This document shows, in pieces, positions 39,224 to 52,581 of a stretch of DNA of 64,000 nucleotides. Within the stretch, counting starts at the first letter, position 1. The number at the start of each line of letters is the position of its first letter. The notes beneath the pieces were generated by a model. It made no database searches. It worked only from the letters and a program-made list of their open reading frames with translations, and was not told the origin of the DNA. The stretch comes from Octopus sinensis. Taxonomy: Eukaryota. The position numbers and the translations under genes were made by a program. Location of the stretch: NCBI RefSeq assembly GCF_006345805.1, contig NC_043011.1:28346464-28410463 (forward strand). Reading direction: 5' to 3'.

Positions 39224-39256
39224 ACTGATGTCGTTTCCCATCGCCGTTTTTATATA
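39224..39256 (-). promoter_or_regulatory. TATA + initiator core promoter
   Basis: TATATAAAAA starts at 39256; TCAGT Inr has its A at 39226, exactly 30 nt downstream. Followed by CAG|GTGAGT donor (39139/39138) and TTTTCCCGTTTTAG| acceptor (39021/39020). Confidence 0.5.
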
Positions 39257-40807
39257 TGTATAACACATACAATCTTCCTATTCTATGGACCTACATATAG
39301 CTAAGTGCTATGAAAACGCGACCTTTAAATATGACTACGTGCAATTTGAGGGATACTTTGCAGCGATTCCTAAAATGGTGAGAGCACACGCGGCAGCTGC
39401 TTTGTAGGATCGTGGGCTAGCAGTAATCCTCTATACTACCCAGTACTGCAAACTCAAACAATAAAAAAAATCTTTAAAGACTACGTTTTGTAGTTCAAGG
39501 GCATTATTATATCGTCCAGATTAGAACTTCAGTGACAAAGCTGAAAGCAGATGTCAGGTAATCAGTAGTTCTCTAACGACCCCAGACCATTTATTGATTG
39601 ACTGGAACTCAGTACTTTGAGTAAAAAAAAGATTCTCCAATGCTTTATGGTATTCCCATTCGATCCTGTGGTATCTCTTTTATTATTATTTCAGCCTTAG
39701 TTAAATGTTTAAAACGGACTATTTTAGACTGAGATCGATGTAGTAGTGAGCCACACGAAATATCTGCAGAAATATGTCTGCAAAGGCGACCCTAGGTGTA
39801 TTATAGGCTGAGTAACTACAACTAAGTGTATTGAAGTAAAAACGTCGAATACTAAGAGCTGGTGATGAAACATGATGGTGTGTTTATAACCCAAACATAA
39901 CTATGCGCTTTTCTTCTGATGAGAATTTAATAAATGTAAATATGAACCAACAGTATTCTGTATAAGAAACCTGTCCCGTATATCTCAAAATGTTATTGCA
40001 GATGATAGAATCTTCAAACGACCGTTTCCATTCCAAAGCCAGACCGTTTAAAAGGCAGCATGCATGAAATATCATCTATATATCACAGAAAACCAATTAA
40101 AGAATACATTAGTTTATGATTCGTATCAATTTTGAGCTGCTGTAATAATAACCATATTGTCAAACTTGAAAATGACAAATATTATTTAACAATATTCACG
40201 AAGACAGGTTAACTTATAGAGAGTAAATTGCATCGGAATTTCAAACTTATTTCACTTATTTCCCCATTATACGCTTAGAAAGGGGTTGCAGGTACCATAA
40301 CATTTATCTAATACCAAAACAAGTAGAATAGCAATACAGTACCTGTCATAAATATAAGGAGCCATATCTATAGGTGGTTTAGATTTGCTGCGAAATTAGA
40401 CCCCGGTAGCTTCGAATAAATATCTGAAAGAATGGTTATCATTCGTGAAAAAACTTCTTCAAAGCCCCTTTTGTTGTTACTGTTTTTTGTTTCCTTTCTG
40501 CTGGTTGATATTATTGTTCTTTTCTCCCATATAATACCCAGATGTGACAAAGACTCACTTTATCTATTTCAGAGACCTCATACTTCGTGGTAAAATTATT
40601 TGTAGATCGCGATTTTTATCCAAATAGTGATTAACTGCTGTTTCGTTTAGGTCTAGCAACAGAGCTAAGGCTCTCTCACTGGCGTGACCACTTCGCATCG
40701 TTTATTTTCTTCTTGACATTTTAGCCTTTTTCTTTTACGTATCAATTTCACTAAGCTCTAAAATACAATATTATATAAATTGAATACGCAGAGATCATAA
40801 AAGACAA

Positions 40808-40966
40808 TAGGAGTGGTTGTGGAGTAAGTAGCTTGCTTACCAACTACATGGTTCTAAGTTCAGTCTCACTGCGTGGCACCTTAGGCAAGTGTCTTCTACT
40901 ATAGTCTCGGGCCGGCCAAAGCCTTGTGGGTGGATTTGGTTGATGGAAACTGAAAGAAGCCTGTCG

Positions 40967-41002
<36 letters not shown>

Positions 41003-41215
41003 GGGGTTGTGGGTTTGGGTTTGTTCCCCTACCATCGTTTGACAACCGATGCTGGTGTGTTTACGTCCTCGTAACCTAGCGGTTCAGCAAAAAAGACCGA
41101 TGGAATAAGTACTAGGCTTACAAAGAACACGTCTTGGGGTCGATTTGTTCCACTACGAGCGGTGTTCGAGCATGGCCGCAGTCAAATGACTGAAACAAAT
41201 AAAATAGTAAAAGAG
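40808..41215 (+). mobile_element. SINE family A, full length
   Basis: Colinear with the reverse complement of 28549-28957. Confidence 0.88.
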
Positions 41216-41719
41216 TCAAACCATAGCAAATTAGCAGTCCTTAAAGTTCACAAAACTAATACCTAGCAGTATTTGTTGCGGCAGTCACTACCCTGAGATT
41301 AAATCATACCAATGTCAAAAATTACTCATGCATGCACATACATATATATATATATATATAAATTTTTACAAAGAGAGGGTTGGGGTGATTTCGAAGTTTC
41401 GGCTTTGTCGCCTTCATTAGACACTGGAAGGTTAGCAGACGTAAAATTTAAAATTTACTGTCACCCCTATTCTTGTAAAAATTTGATTAGTATGGTACTC
41501 TTCTAAAACGGAAATCATCGATTAATTGTTAAGTTTATAGTTAAATTCAAATTGTGGAGTACATCAACTCCAATGCTCAACTGGTACTTATGAAAATGAC
41601 CGTTAAAAAAGGGGAAATTACTGTGTGATTGACCGTTATTAAGACAAAAAAGCTATTAGAATGACCGCCAAGTAAGAGGAGGGAGTAAAGGTAAGGGAGT
41701 AAAAATTTTCATAGTAATC

Positions 41720-42400
41720 GAGTAAGCGCACATGTCCATACATATACATGCGCCCGCACACCCACTTACATGCGCCTATATGTATATAGCCATCCACCCT
41801 CACTTTAACCACACACACACGCTCACCCACACATTTGCCAAAAACGATATATATACATACCCGCATACATGCTCGCACCCACGTACACGCACAAAAAGGT
41901 TCATACACACGACTATATGTGCACATGCATCAGAAAAAAACAGGACTAAAGGCAAAATACAGAAAATGTGTAAAAAAGTATTAAAAAATAAGCAATAAGA
42001 GTAAAACGCGTCTATATACGCACATACTTGCACGCACGCACACACACGTCTAATATACGCATATACCCGTACACGTCTCTATGCGCACACACACTCACGC
42101 GCACTAAGACAAAGTTCATACAGACGTCTATATACGCATATGCACAAGAAAAAACTAGGGCTAAAGGCAAAATACAGAAAAATATGTAAAAAGTGTAAAA
42201 AAATAAGCAATAAGAGTAAACCACGTCTATATACGCATACACTCGAATGCACGCACACACACGTCTATATACGTGCATAACCGCACGCGCGCACACATCC
42301 ACACGCGCGCACAAAAAAATTCCGTAAACACGTCTACATACGCACAGGAAAAATGCAGGATGGAAGGTAGAATACAGAAAAATTATGTCTAAGAAATATA
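41720..42400. repeat. Diverged ~214-bp tandem repeat (AC-rich)
   Basis: AAAGGCAAAATACAGAAAA..AAAAAATAAGCAATAAGAGTAAA..CGTCTATATACGCA recurs at ~41948 and ~42163, with a partial third copy near 42360. Confidence 0.65.
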
Positions 42401-42582
42401 TGAGCCTTAAGACCATGAAACAATATCTCTATAAATATTTTTAAAATTATATATAAAAAATATATAAGAAATATAAGTATAAAATATATAAGAAATATAA
42501 CTAAAAAGTATAGAGAGAGCTTGTACGTGGATGCAATATAGAAAGCATACCCTATCTGTAATATGTAATATATATATATATA

Positions 42583-43428
42583 CTAGCAGAATTGCCCGGC
42601 GTTGCTCGGGGCTGAATTGCTTGAAAGTACTGTTAATGATTGCACTGAATTATGATGATTATTCAGGCAAATATTGATATAAGTTTACGCTGGGAGATAA
42701 GGACTTAACGATCAAACGTGTGCCATTGCATTGTTTTGGGGGAACCAAATTTCTGATGAGCATTATAGGGGCACCAACTTTAAGTTTGAGAATGTGTGGT
42801 GTTAGTCCGAGGTGCTCAAAGGAATTGAGTACCTCTATTGGATAGTTGATGACGTCCTGTGGGTCAGGAGCTGTATTGATAGACTGATATACATAGACTT
42901 CCCCAGGAATGAGTTTTAGCATTTCATCATTAATATGGTGAACAGTTTTATTCCTCGGGGCCAGTATAGCCTTTTGGCCAATCCAATCCATATTCTGATA
43001 ATTAGCTTGTAGATCTTGGAACACTGCATCTCTGAGATCAGAAGGCGTCTTAACAATGGTACAAATGGAATCGATGGCAATATTACCATTTTCATCCCCT
43101 GGTATTTTGCCTTCGCCAAGTGCAAGGAGGGTGTGAGGAAATGCTGCTGATGTGATATTACGTCGCATATGAGCACGCATATTGGTGTGAAGTTTGAGAG
43201 TTACTTCCCTTTATTTAAAAAATATGCATTAACATGGGAGAAAATGATCGTAAATTATTTGTAAAATCGTAGACTCATCGTAGACGCGCGCTAATACCCA
43301 GAAGGGCTCGATATGAATCACGACTATAAGATACTCGGTTTTGGTTAAACTGCATCGCAAAATGTGGGAGTAGTTAGGAATCTAAATCGGAGTAGACAGA
43401 CACACAACCTTTCTTTTATATATAAAGA
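42583..43428 (-). mobile_element. Complete non-autonomous Helitron (846 bp)
   Basis: A|TCTTTATATATAAAAG 5' end, 3' hairpin CCCGAGCAACGCCGGG then CTAG|T, no TSD. Confidence 0.92.
42659..43180 (-). pseudogene. Helitron RepHel Pif1-helicase fragment (173-aa uninterrupted ORF)
   Basis: MRAH..LLALGEGKI..KAILAPRNKTVHHIN..YPIEVLNS..PHILKLKVGAPIMLIRNL..CNGTRLIV; lacks Walker A and the Rep domain. Confidence 0.9.
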
Positions 43429-43430
43429 TT

Positions 43431-43730
43431 TTCGTCCGTCCTAAAAAACTTTGTGCGGAGTGAATGGTTACCTCTATGGAAATATATACACACACATTAT
43501 ACATACATGTGTGTATAGATGAATATATAAATACGTTTAAATATCTATATACACTTTTGGGCGATCTTTCTGCTACTTGGATATACTTTAGATCTTATAT
43601 TCGTCCATTCGTCCTAAATAACTTTGTATGGAGTGAATGGTTACCTCTATGGAAATATATACACACACATTATACATACATGTGTGTGTCTATATACACT
43701 TTTGGGCGACTGCTACTTAGAGATAACTTT
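43431..43730. repeat. ~175-bp tandem duplication between two Helitrons
   Basis: TCGTCC..AACTTTGT..GGAGTGAATGGTTACCTCTATGGAAATATATACACACACATTATACATACATGTGTGT occurs twice. Confidence 0.8.
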
Positions 43731-43744
43731 AGATGTTAGGTGAT

Positions 43745-44522
43745 CTAGCAAAAAGGATGACCAGTTTGACTTGCTCATCCCTGTCACACACTCACACACA
43801 CGCACACACACACACACATACACACACGTACCCTCACACACACACACGCACACACACACACACACACACACGCACACACACACACACACACACGTTAGCT
43901 TACAATTTTATTTATATATTTGCGTGTCTATGTGTGTAAAGAGGAAGTGGGAGTAATATGCAGAGTGAAATGGTAAAATATTTAGCTTTCTCGAATTTTT
44001 TCTGAAATGGGGGTGAAATTGAAAGAAATTTTGTATGCCATGACCGAATGGAAGTACTTTGAAAAATCATAGGTAAACTCTAATTGAAGAAATTGTGTTT
44101 TTAGTAAATCGTTATGTATTTATTTGTTTCTGTTTGCTGTGTTGTTTTTTTTTGAGTAGTGGTTTAAGGTACACTTCATTACCTTAAGGTACATAAGGTA
44201 ATACTTTCATTTTAATCGTTGCACACTTGCAAAGAGAAAGGAGGAGAAATTAGGGTGATAGCATCAGTGAAGCAGTTCGCTCCGTTTGTGCGTGTGTGTG
44301 TGCTGTAGCCCACACTAAGAAAAGCACTTCACTTACACACCACAATGTGAGTTTTCTCGAAATTTTGCTTAATTGGGGTTGAAATTTGAAAAACTGGACC
44401 TGGCACGACCCGATGTATTCTACTCTTAAAAATGCTAGGTAAATTGTAATTGAAGAAATCCTATATTGTAGATTTCTATAAGAGACAAAGGGAGGCAGAT
44501 AAAATCTGCCTTTTATAATAAG

Positions 44523-44523
<1 letters not shown>
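43745..44523 (-). mobile_element. Non-autonomous Helitron-like element
   Basis: 5' A|TCTTATTATAAAAGGCAGATTTTATCTGCC (hairpin) at 44523; degenerate 3' hairpin and CTAG at 43745. Confidence 0.55.
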
Positions 44524-44589
<66 letters not shown>

Positions 44590-45059
44590 CATATTACATG
44601 CATGTATGTATGTATGTATGTATATGTATATATGTATGTATATACATATACACATGTATGTTTATATATATATATAGAGAGAGAGAGACATATATATGTG
44701 TGGGTGTGTGGGTGTGTGGGTGTGCGTGTGTGTGTACGTGTGTAGGACCTGTCATTCCCCTATTAGATATCACTTAATATGAAATATCATAAGTAGATGT
44801 TTTCCCTTTTACGAATGCATGTAATGAGGAATAACTCCATATACATACAAACAGTCGAAATATACCCACAGATGTAGACGCATTCAGACACAAACGCAAC
44901 ACACTCACAACACGCACACAATACACTGCAACGCACATACATCAAAAACACATATAAAGACACACAAACACACGACACACACAGACAACGCACACATATA
45001 TACACATACGTGCGCACACACACACACACTCACGAAAATATATTTCTTTACTACACACA

Positions 45060-45273
45060 AGGGGCTAAACATAGAGGAGACAAACAAGGACAGACAAACG
45101 GATTAAGTCGATTACCTCGACCTAGTGCGTAACTGGTAATTAATTTATTGACCCCGAAAGGATGAAAGGCAAAGTCAACCTCGGCGGAATTTGAACTCAG
45201 AACGTAACGGCAGACGAAATACGGCCACGCATTTCGCCCGGCGTGCTAACGTTTCTGCCAGCTCGCCGCCTTA
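45060..45273 (-). mobile_element. SINE family C (tRNA head plus Nin-like core)
   Basis: Reverse complement GGCGGCGAGCTGGCAGAAACGTTAGC..GAGTTCAAATTCC..GACTTTGCCTTTCATCCTTTCGGGGTC. Older copies at ~20580-20720, 38420-38660, 54870-55450 (+) and 57900-58260. Confidence 0.85.
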
Positions 45274-45522
45274 CACTCACGAAAATATAGTTATGGCATT
45301 TCTAAAATATTTTGCGCGTAATAGAATATACGCTCTTGGAAACGATTTACAAAGACAATGCTTTCAAAATATCTATGATATCAATGAATTCCCAAAATAC
45401 AACTAGCACTAATTGTTATTAACGTAACAATTAAAGAATCAAAAGACATACATATGCATGTCCGTGCATATATGTGTGTATAAGTGATTTGTGTGTATGT
45501 GTAAATGTTGTGTGTATGTGTG

Positions 45523-45598
<76 letters not shown>

Positions 45599-45724
45599 AA
45601 ATCTTGATATATATAATGTTCTGTTCTATGATAGTAAGATCAACAAAAAAGTGTTCAATCTGGTGAGAGATAAATATTATCTAATAGACACAATAGATGT
45701 TTTTATGTGTTACTAATAGATTCA

Positions 45725-46640
45725 TATGTTGGGAAAGACCTCAAATGCATTTAACTCGTAGACAAACACTTTCCAGTAACTCACTAATACAAGAAAATAT
45801 TTAATAGGCGTTCTGTGAAATTATCATATCGCTGCTTTCCAAATATGAAGAATATCATTACACCAGATCAATATCAAGAGCCTAAATCCAGCTGTTATTC
45901 TCATGACCCAGGATCCACTTGACCAACAGTGTAGGATTAAAGCTGTCATATATGAGGCAGAAGTTACAGCAAAGCTAGATGACAATACATCAGATAAGAA
46001 GACTTATATTGGATTATGTGAAGGAGAATTTAAAAATCGTTATGTTAATCACATAGCCTCCTTCTGACATAAGGACAAAAGCAAAGCTACTAAGTTGGGT
46101 AGCCACACATGGGGTTCGAAATCTAACGCAACACCTTATGTGATTAAGAGGAAAATAACTGAAAAATCCACATATTATACTGTGGGATCAAATAAAAGTA
46201 ACCTATGCTTAGCTGAATGAGTTCAGATCCTTTTCAGATCTAAGATCCTTCACTCACTACTGACCCCTTGGTCTGAAATTTTCAGTATTTGTAAACATGC
46301 ATCTAAATACACTTTGAAGAATTGGAAAATTTTGCTTATACCTGATAAACTTGTTGATATCTTTCCAGCCTTATAATTTAAAGTCTGAGGAGGAAAACTC
46401 TTTGTACCTTGTCTACTTTCTACATTTTACTTTTTCGTTTTCCATTTTTCAAACCTTCCGCGTGTTCTATATGCTTCCTTCTGAACATTTCACGTTCCTT
46501 CTCTCATTTCGTTTCTTCTCTCAATTCATTATGATATGTGGTTTGTGCCTGATGGTTATAGCTTTCAGGTCTTTCTATAAATATGAAACTATTAGTAGCA
46601 CATAAAAACATGTATTGTGTCTAGTAAATGATATATATAA
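45725..46640 (+). mobile_element. Penelope-like element 3' half: linker, GIY-YIG endonuclease and HHR tail
   Basis: LVDKHFP..KIFNRRSVKLSYRCFPNM..PLDQQC..VIYEAEV..KTYIGLCEGEFKNRYVNHIASF*..NLCLAE*..SEIFSICKH; several stops. Confidence 0.9.
46544..46602 (+). ncRNA. Hammerhead ribozyme, damaged core
   Basis: tgtgc CTGATGG ttatag..ctataa atat GAAAC tatta GTA gcaca. 5-bp stem I, A9 altered. Lies downstream of the GIY-YIG ORF in sense orientation. Confidence 0.6.
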
Positions 46641-46740
46641 ACGCGCTAACGTTTCTGCCAGCTCGCCGCCTACACACATATGTATATATTGTTACACACA
46701 CATATCTAATACACATATACCTATCTAACACACATACTGT

Positions 46741-46781
<41 letters not shown>

Positions 46782-46849
46782 GCCTGGCCTGTGGCTGGCC
46801 AGCCGGCGTTATCGATCTATTTCTATATCGAGCCAAGCTAATACACCTA

Positions 46850-46915
<66 letters not shown>

Positions 46916-47793
46916 ATATAGATGGATTAAATTATAGTAATTCAGAGTAATAATAATAAATTCCTTTATTTTTAATAAGAGTAATTCTTTGTAAATATAT
47001 ATGATAAAACTAATTTCGCTTTGTGTAGTGATCGTTATTGGAGTCAATTCACTTTCTAAATAGTTTTAAGAAAGCGAAATTAGGTATGATACTGTATCTC
47101 TTAAACTTTAATAGTGATAAGAAAAGTGTAATTTTCTTAATTACCAGCCAAAGGTCTATAAGATTTGATATAAGTTAACATTTTCGTTTTATTCAAGAAC
47201 GTTCAGACATAAACTTGATGAAAATACCGAAAATGAGCATAACCCTATAACCGAAACTCTTTAGATAACGTACAAAGATTAGTATGACGTTTATAATCAG
47301 CAACTCCTATTAGATAAGTTTCACTGGTCTCGTTTCTGTTACATTTTGATTCTTGGCCAATGCTGACCATGTCATCCGTTTCGCTTTCATGCTCCCCATG
47401 TTGTAGCCTTTTGTCTTTCTCTCTCCCGAATTGATTTTCTATCTGTATCTAATTAGTTCATTCCTATCTCTACCTAAGAATAAATTTACAGTTTCAGATT
47501 CATAACTATTACTATTGGAGCAACAAGATAAGCACAAACTAGACTAGAGAAAATGTATGGCTGAACTCGGGTTAATCGTGAGAGAATGTCACTCCTTAAT
47601 TCAAACGCTACAAATGTTCACGATAACTGACACAATAAAAATCTGCAAGACGTTTTTAATGTTTAAAGGCTCATAAGCAAAACAAGACGCTTTCCTTCTC
47701 AACCTTACTATCAAGCAGGAGGACGTAAAAAAGAGAACATACAAACACATACATACATACATACATACATACATACATACATACATACATACA

Positions 47794-47822
<29 letters not shown>

Positions 47823-47824
<2 letters not shown>

Positions 47825-48415
47825 GTTGTTGCGAAATCAATTTACAATGTAATCAACAAAATAGACTGTCCTGAAACAAACTCAGAAAATCCCTCTATTA
47901 TGGAATACATTTATAAACACCAACTCAAGGAATACTGGTGGGATATTCCCATCAAAACATCTGTCAAATTTAAGCATAATAGGCCGGATATTGCTGTTTA
48001 GGACAGAGCGTCAAAGGTATGTACCATCATAGAGGTTTGCTGCCCTGCAGAGATAAATATTTCTTTGAAAATCAAAAAAAAAAGGAAGAGGATATCTACG
48101 GATAACTGTTTTGAAACCTCCAGCTTCTACACCCAGACTATGAATTCATATTTATACCAATAATAACTGGAGCACTAGGTTTTGTTAGTAAATACTTAAA
48201 GGAGAGTCTGGATAAACTGGAATTTTCAGAAAGAGAAATCGACCGACTAATTCGTACATTACAACTGCAATCTGTGAGTGGAACAATAAAAATATGCAAG
48301 ACATTCTCAAGTTCCAAATGTGAATTTGTCTGTGTTAACTACATCCGAAAAATGGAGCCTTGTATCTTTGTTGGAAACCAGTAGAAGATTAATAATAATT
48401 TTAAAATAGAAGAGA
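47823..48415 (+). mobile_element. R4-like LINE 3' fragment (RLE) in (CATA)n
   Basis: EYWWDIPIKTSVKFKHNRPDIAV*D..CTIIEVCCP..FIPIITGALG..SVSGTIKICKTF. Flanked on both sides by (CATA)n. Confidence 0.85.
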
Positions 48416-48822
48416 CATACATACAAACATACATACATACATACATACATACATACATACATACATACATACATACATACATACATACATACATACATAC
48501 ATCCGATCACTGTCAGAGTTAGGTAGCCTTAGTTAATATCATATCTACCACTTTTTATTCTAACATTTTTTGAGTCTCACCTCTTTTCATTTGTTTACTC
48601 TCTTCCTCCTCCCAAACTGTGCATCCACGAAACTGCTTTCTTAGCCATCTGATGGTAATTCTCTTTGAGTCTCATACCTCAGTTAATTTTGACACACTTG
48701 CTTAAATTTGACAAAACTCGCAGTAGTATTGCATTTAGCTTGGAAGTAGAAATACTCGATCCCAACAACCACGATCATATCATCCTCCTGTGTAAATTTT
48801 ACATAAAGATGCAGATGCACTG

Positions 48823-48873
<51 letters not shown>

Positions 48874-49149
48874 AATAATCTTTAACACCAACCGCCCCTT
48901 ACGACTTGTGTCACAAAAGTTATAAAACAATATCTGGACTTAAAAGACATGGTAATTCACAAAACACATTCCTTCAGAAGAAATTTGAATAATATCTGTC
49001 ACTTGTGTGTTAAACCCTGTCAGTCAGCTGCTGGTCTCAAATGTAATCTGAGAGCTCGTGAACGGAGGGATTGTGTTGTGTGATAGAGTGTGGAGTGTCT
49101 GCTGATGGGACGGCAATCATCTGTTATTTGTCAAGATGAAGCAATCATC

Positions 49150-49187
<38 letters not shown>

Positions 49188-49190
<3 letters not shown>

Positions 49191-49492
49191 GAGGCGCAAT
49201 GGCCCAGTGGTTAGGGCAGCGGACTTGGATCGCAGGATCGCGGTTACGATTCCCAGACCGGGCGTTGTGAGTGTTTATTGAGCGAAAACACCTAAAAGCT
49301 TCTCGACGCTCCGGCATGGGGTGGTGATCCCTGCTGTACTCTTTCACCACTCTTTCTCCCACTCTTTCTTCTGTTGGCATGCTCGGTCAGCCAGTGGGGT
49401 GGCGTCATTCGAAGGCTAAAACAATGCGAACGCATTGTGACCAGCGATGTGTAACAACATCTGATGGTCTGGTCAGTCACGTGATCACGTGT
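49188..49492 (+). mobile_element. SINE family B (tail 3)
   Basis: Same head and core as 14133 up to CTGCTGTACTCTTTCACCAC, then an unrelated tail ending CACGTGATCACGTG. Confidence 0.88.
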
Positions 49493-49493
49493 G

Positions 49494-49525
<32 letters not shown>

Positions 49526-50034
49526 ATGTGAGGATGCATAGCCTAATAGTTAGGGCGTTGCGCTTGTGAATTGAATTCCTAGATCGGATAATGCGCCATG
49601 TTCTTGATCACTTTGACACCTGACGCCTGGTACGCCGTGCGCCTGTTCAGATAACATCGATTTGATGGAGAGAGTGAGCCAATGCGTGACACGAACATTT
49701 GATCATTATAAACAAATTGTTTGTGCAGGATGAACGCTCATACGTTGTCTTCCACGGGCGAGTCCATCAAATATGTATATATATGTATGTGTTGTGCCTC
49801 TTGGCCTCTTTACTGATGAATTGCGTTGGCCTTTGGAAGATTGACTTGATTTAATTTAATCAGGCTGATTTACCAATAAAAAACGATGTAACAATGCATT
49901 GTCTAAAGATGAACAGGGTAAATGTTTTTTTAATTTTTCTCTGTTTACGGAATTACTACTATTTGCGGTTGAAGCCCTGACTGCTTCTTCTAGTGAGTCG
50001 AACGGCCTATTATGGCCGTTCCTCAATTTGTTGT

Positions 50035-50081
<47 letters not shown>

Positions 50082-50459
50082 TATATATATATGTATGTAT
50101 GTATGTGTGTGTGTGTACATAGACACACACACATGCATACACACATACATACATGCATACATACATACATTTAAGCATACACGCGCACAAGCACATGCAC
50201 GCATACATATTTATTGCTATACTTTAGCGGCACAATTAGAGGTACATTATATCTGGAAATCCGTATTTGTAGACAATTATTTAATGCCTTCAGTTCTTAT
50301 GGATCTCATATTACGAACGTTGACATTTTTATTTATTTATCCGACGTTTGAGAGGTTTTTGTTTGTCATGCTGGGTGTCCAATGTCACCTTCGGTTCTTA
50401 CAAAATTAGACAGGATTTAGTTGATACATTTGAAAGGTCCACAACGTGATCATCGATTC

Positions 50460-50563
50460 TGGTTGCCTCTAGCAGATCACATGGTTGCCCGTAGCAGATC
50501 ACATGGTTGCCCGTAGCAGATCACATGGTTGCCTGTAGCAGATCACATGGTTGCTTGTAGCAG
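50460..50563. repeat. 22-bp minisatellite, ~4.7 copies
   Basis: Unit GGTTGCCCGTAGCAGATCACAT. Confidence 0.9.
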
Positions 50564-50844
50564 GTTTCAGTTTATCAGACATCCGATGTGACATACATTT
50601 ATACATACTTTATACATCCGTGCATATAATTGTGTGCATGTGTGTGCGTGTGTATGTATGAGAGCGTGAGAGAGAGAGAGAGAGAGAGAGAAAGAATGAA
50701 AGAGAGAGTGATATTTGGATCGGCTTCTGCGCTGCAACTTCAAATCTCACCGAGATTGTCTTTGCCTTTCATTTTCTTTCGGAGTCGTTAATTTGTGTAC
50801 CTGTGAAGTACTAGAGAAGGTTTTCTTCTTCTCTCTTCCTCTGC

Positions 50845-50876
<32 letters not shown>

Positions 50877-51132
50877 CATTTTTCTATCTCTATCTCTCAT
50901 TCTTTCTCTCTCTCTCTCTTTTTCTCTTTCTTTCTCTGAAAATGTTGGATATGTTGAAACCAGCAGTTGGATGGGCTCCTCCATAATTTAAAATGCCCAA
51001 AGCTCGCCGTGAGTCGGTATATTCATTAGGAACTAAAGTTCTTCTTCGTGTATATATGTGTATGTGTGTGCGTGTGCATACGTGTTTGTGTGTAAGCGCC
51101 CGCGTCCATGTATGTATATATTTGTGTGTGTT

Positions 51133-51163
<31 letters not shown>

Positions 51164-51241
51164 GTGCGTGTGCATACGTGTTTGTGTGTAAGCGCCCGCG
51201 TGCATGTATGTATATATTTGTGTGTGTTTGTGTGTGTGCGT

Positions 51242-51273
<32 letters not shown>

Positions 51274-52498
51274 ACGCTTTTCGTTGAGATAAGAAGAACG
51301 AGTAAGGAAGGAGAGATAAATATGGAAAGAAGCAATGAAAAGTGCATTAAAATGGTAACGAAACGAAGAGGGTTACATATATTTTATTCCGTGCAACTGT
51401 AGGCGAGATACAGAAAATAGTTGAAGAAAATAGGTTGAAATGGAAGGAAAGAAAAATCGATGGATTATAAAACCTTATGTCAAGCAAGGAAAATAATTGT
51501 GAAAAAATATTTTTACGTGTAAATTGAAGTTAACAGATAATCTTGAATTAATTGAAACGATTATTCATACTTGTCAGCATGATCAAAAATGGGAAATTAT
51601 TTCCATTCCTTGCTGTTAATGTCTTCCTCGTCAACAATAGTTCCTTCTTTTCAGGAATATTTTCCGATAATCATTTGCTGTTAAATTCACTCAGTGAGAA
51701 TGCTAGGAAGTAACTAGGAAGTAATTCTGTTATTAGGCTCAACGCCGCTTGGAACATCTGCATATCTTAATAAATTTTCGGTATCTTCCTGCGTCGATGA
51801 AATAAGACAGCATGACATAAATCCTTTTGTATGTTTTAGCTTCCACTGGTTTCAGTCGTTCGATTGCGGCCATGTTAGAGCACTTCCTTTGAATGATTTT
51901 AGACGAACAAATCGAATCCAGCATTTCTATTTGGAATTCTAGTACCGTATTTAGAATTCTGCCATTTAAGTCTAAACGCTAATTTATGGGAACGTACGGA
52001 AACCACTTCAGTTGTCAAGTGGTGATGATGGTGGTAGTGATGGTGATGATGGTGTACAAATACAGGCCTAAAGGCACGCACACAAAGTATATGAGTGTGT
52101 GTGAAGGTACTGCACTCGCGATTGCGAAATCGTGAGTTCGATTCCCAGACCGGCGGTTACATTGAGTTCTTGGACAAAACACTTCATTTCACGTTGGCGT
52201 CTGATCGTTTCGTTCTAATATGTGGCACGTAGTGCACCTGTATCGATAATATCGATTTGAGAGAGGGAGTGAGAGCTTATGTGAACACAAACATTCGATC
52301 ACTGTAAACAAATCACCTGTGAGTTGTTCAGTAAGAAATAGAAGAACCCTTATGATATATATGTATAAGTCAATGATATATATTTATGTGTGTTTGTATA
52401 TATGTGTGTATATATATGTATATATATGTATGTACATATATATGTACATATGTATATATATGTATATATATGTGTATATATATTTATGTGTGTGTATG

Positions 52499-52574
<76 letters not shown>

Positions 52575-52581
<7 letters not shown>

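Noticed and set aside
38899-39241. Spliced 74-aa ORF MGNDISVCKFF...RTYSP with an MGxxxS motif
   Set aside because: Its ATG lies between the TATA box and the Inr, upstream of the predicted TSS; valid only if transcription starts further upstream.
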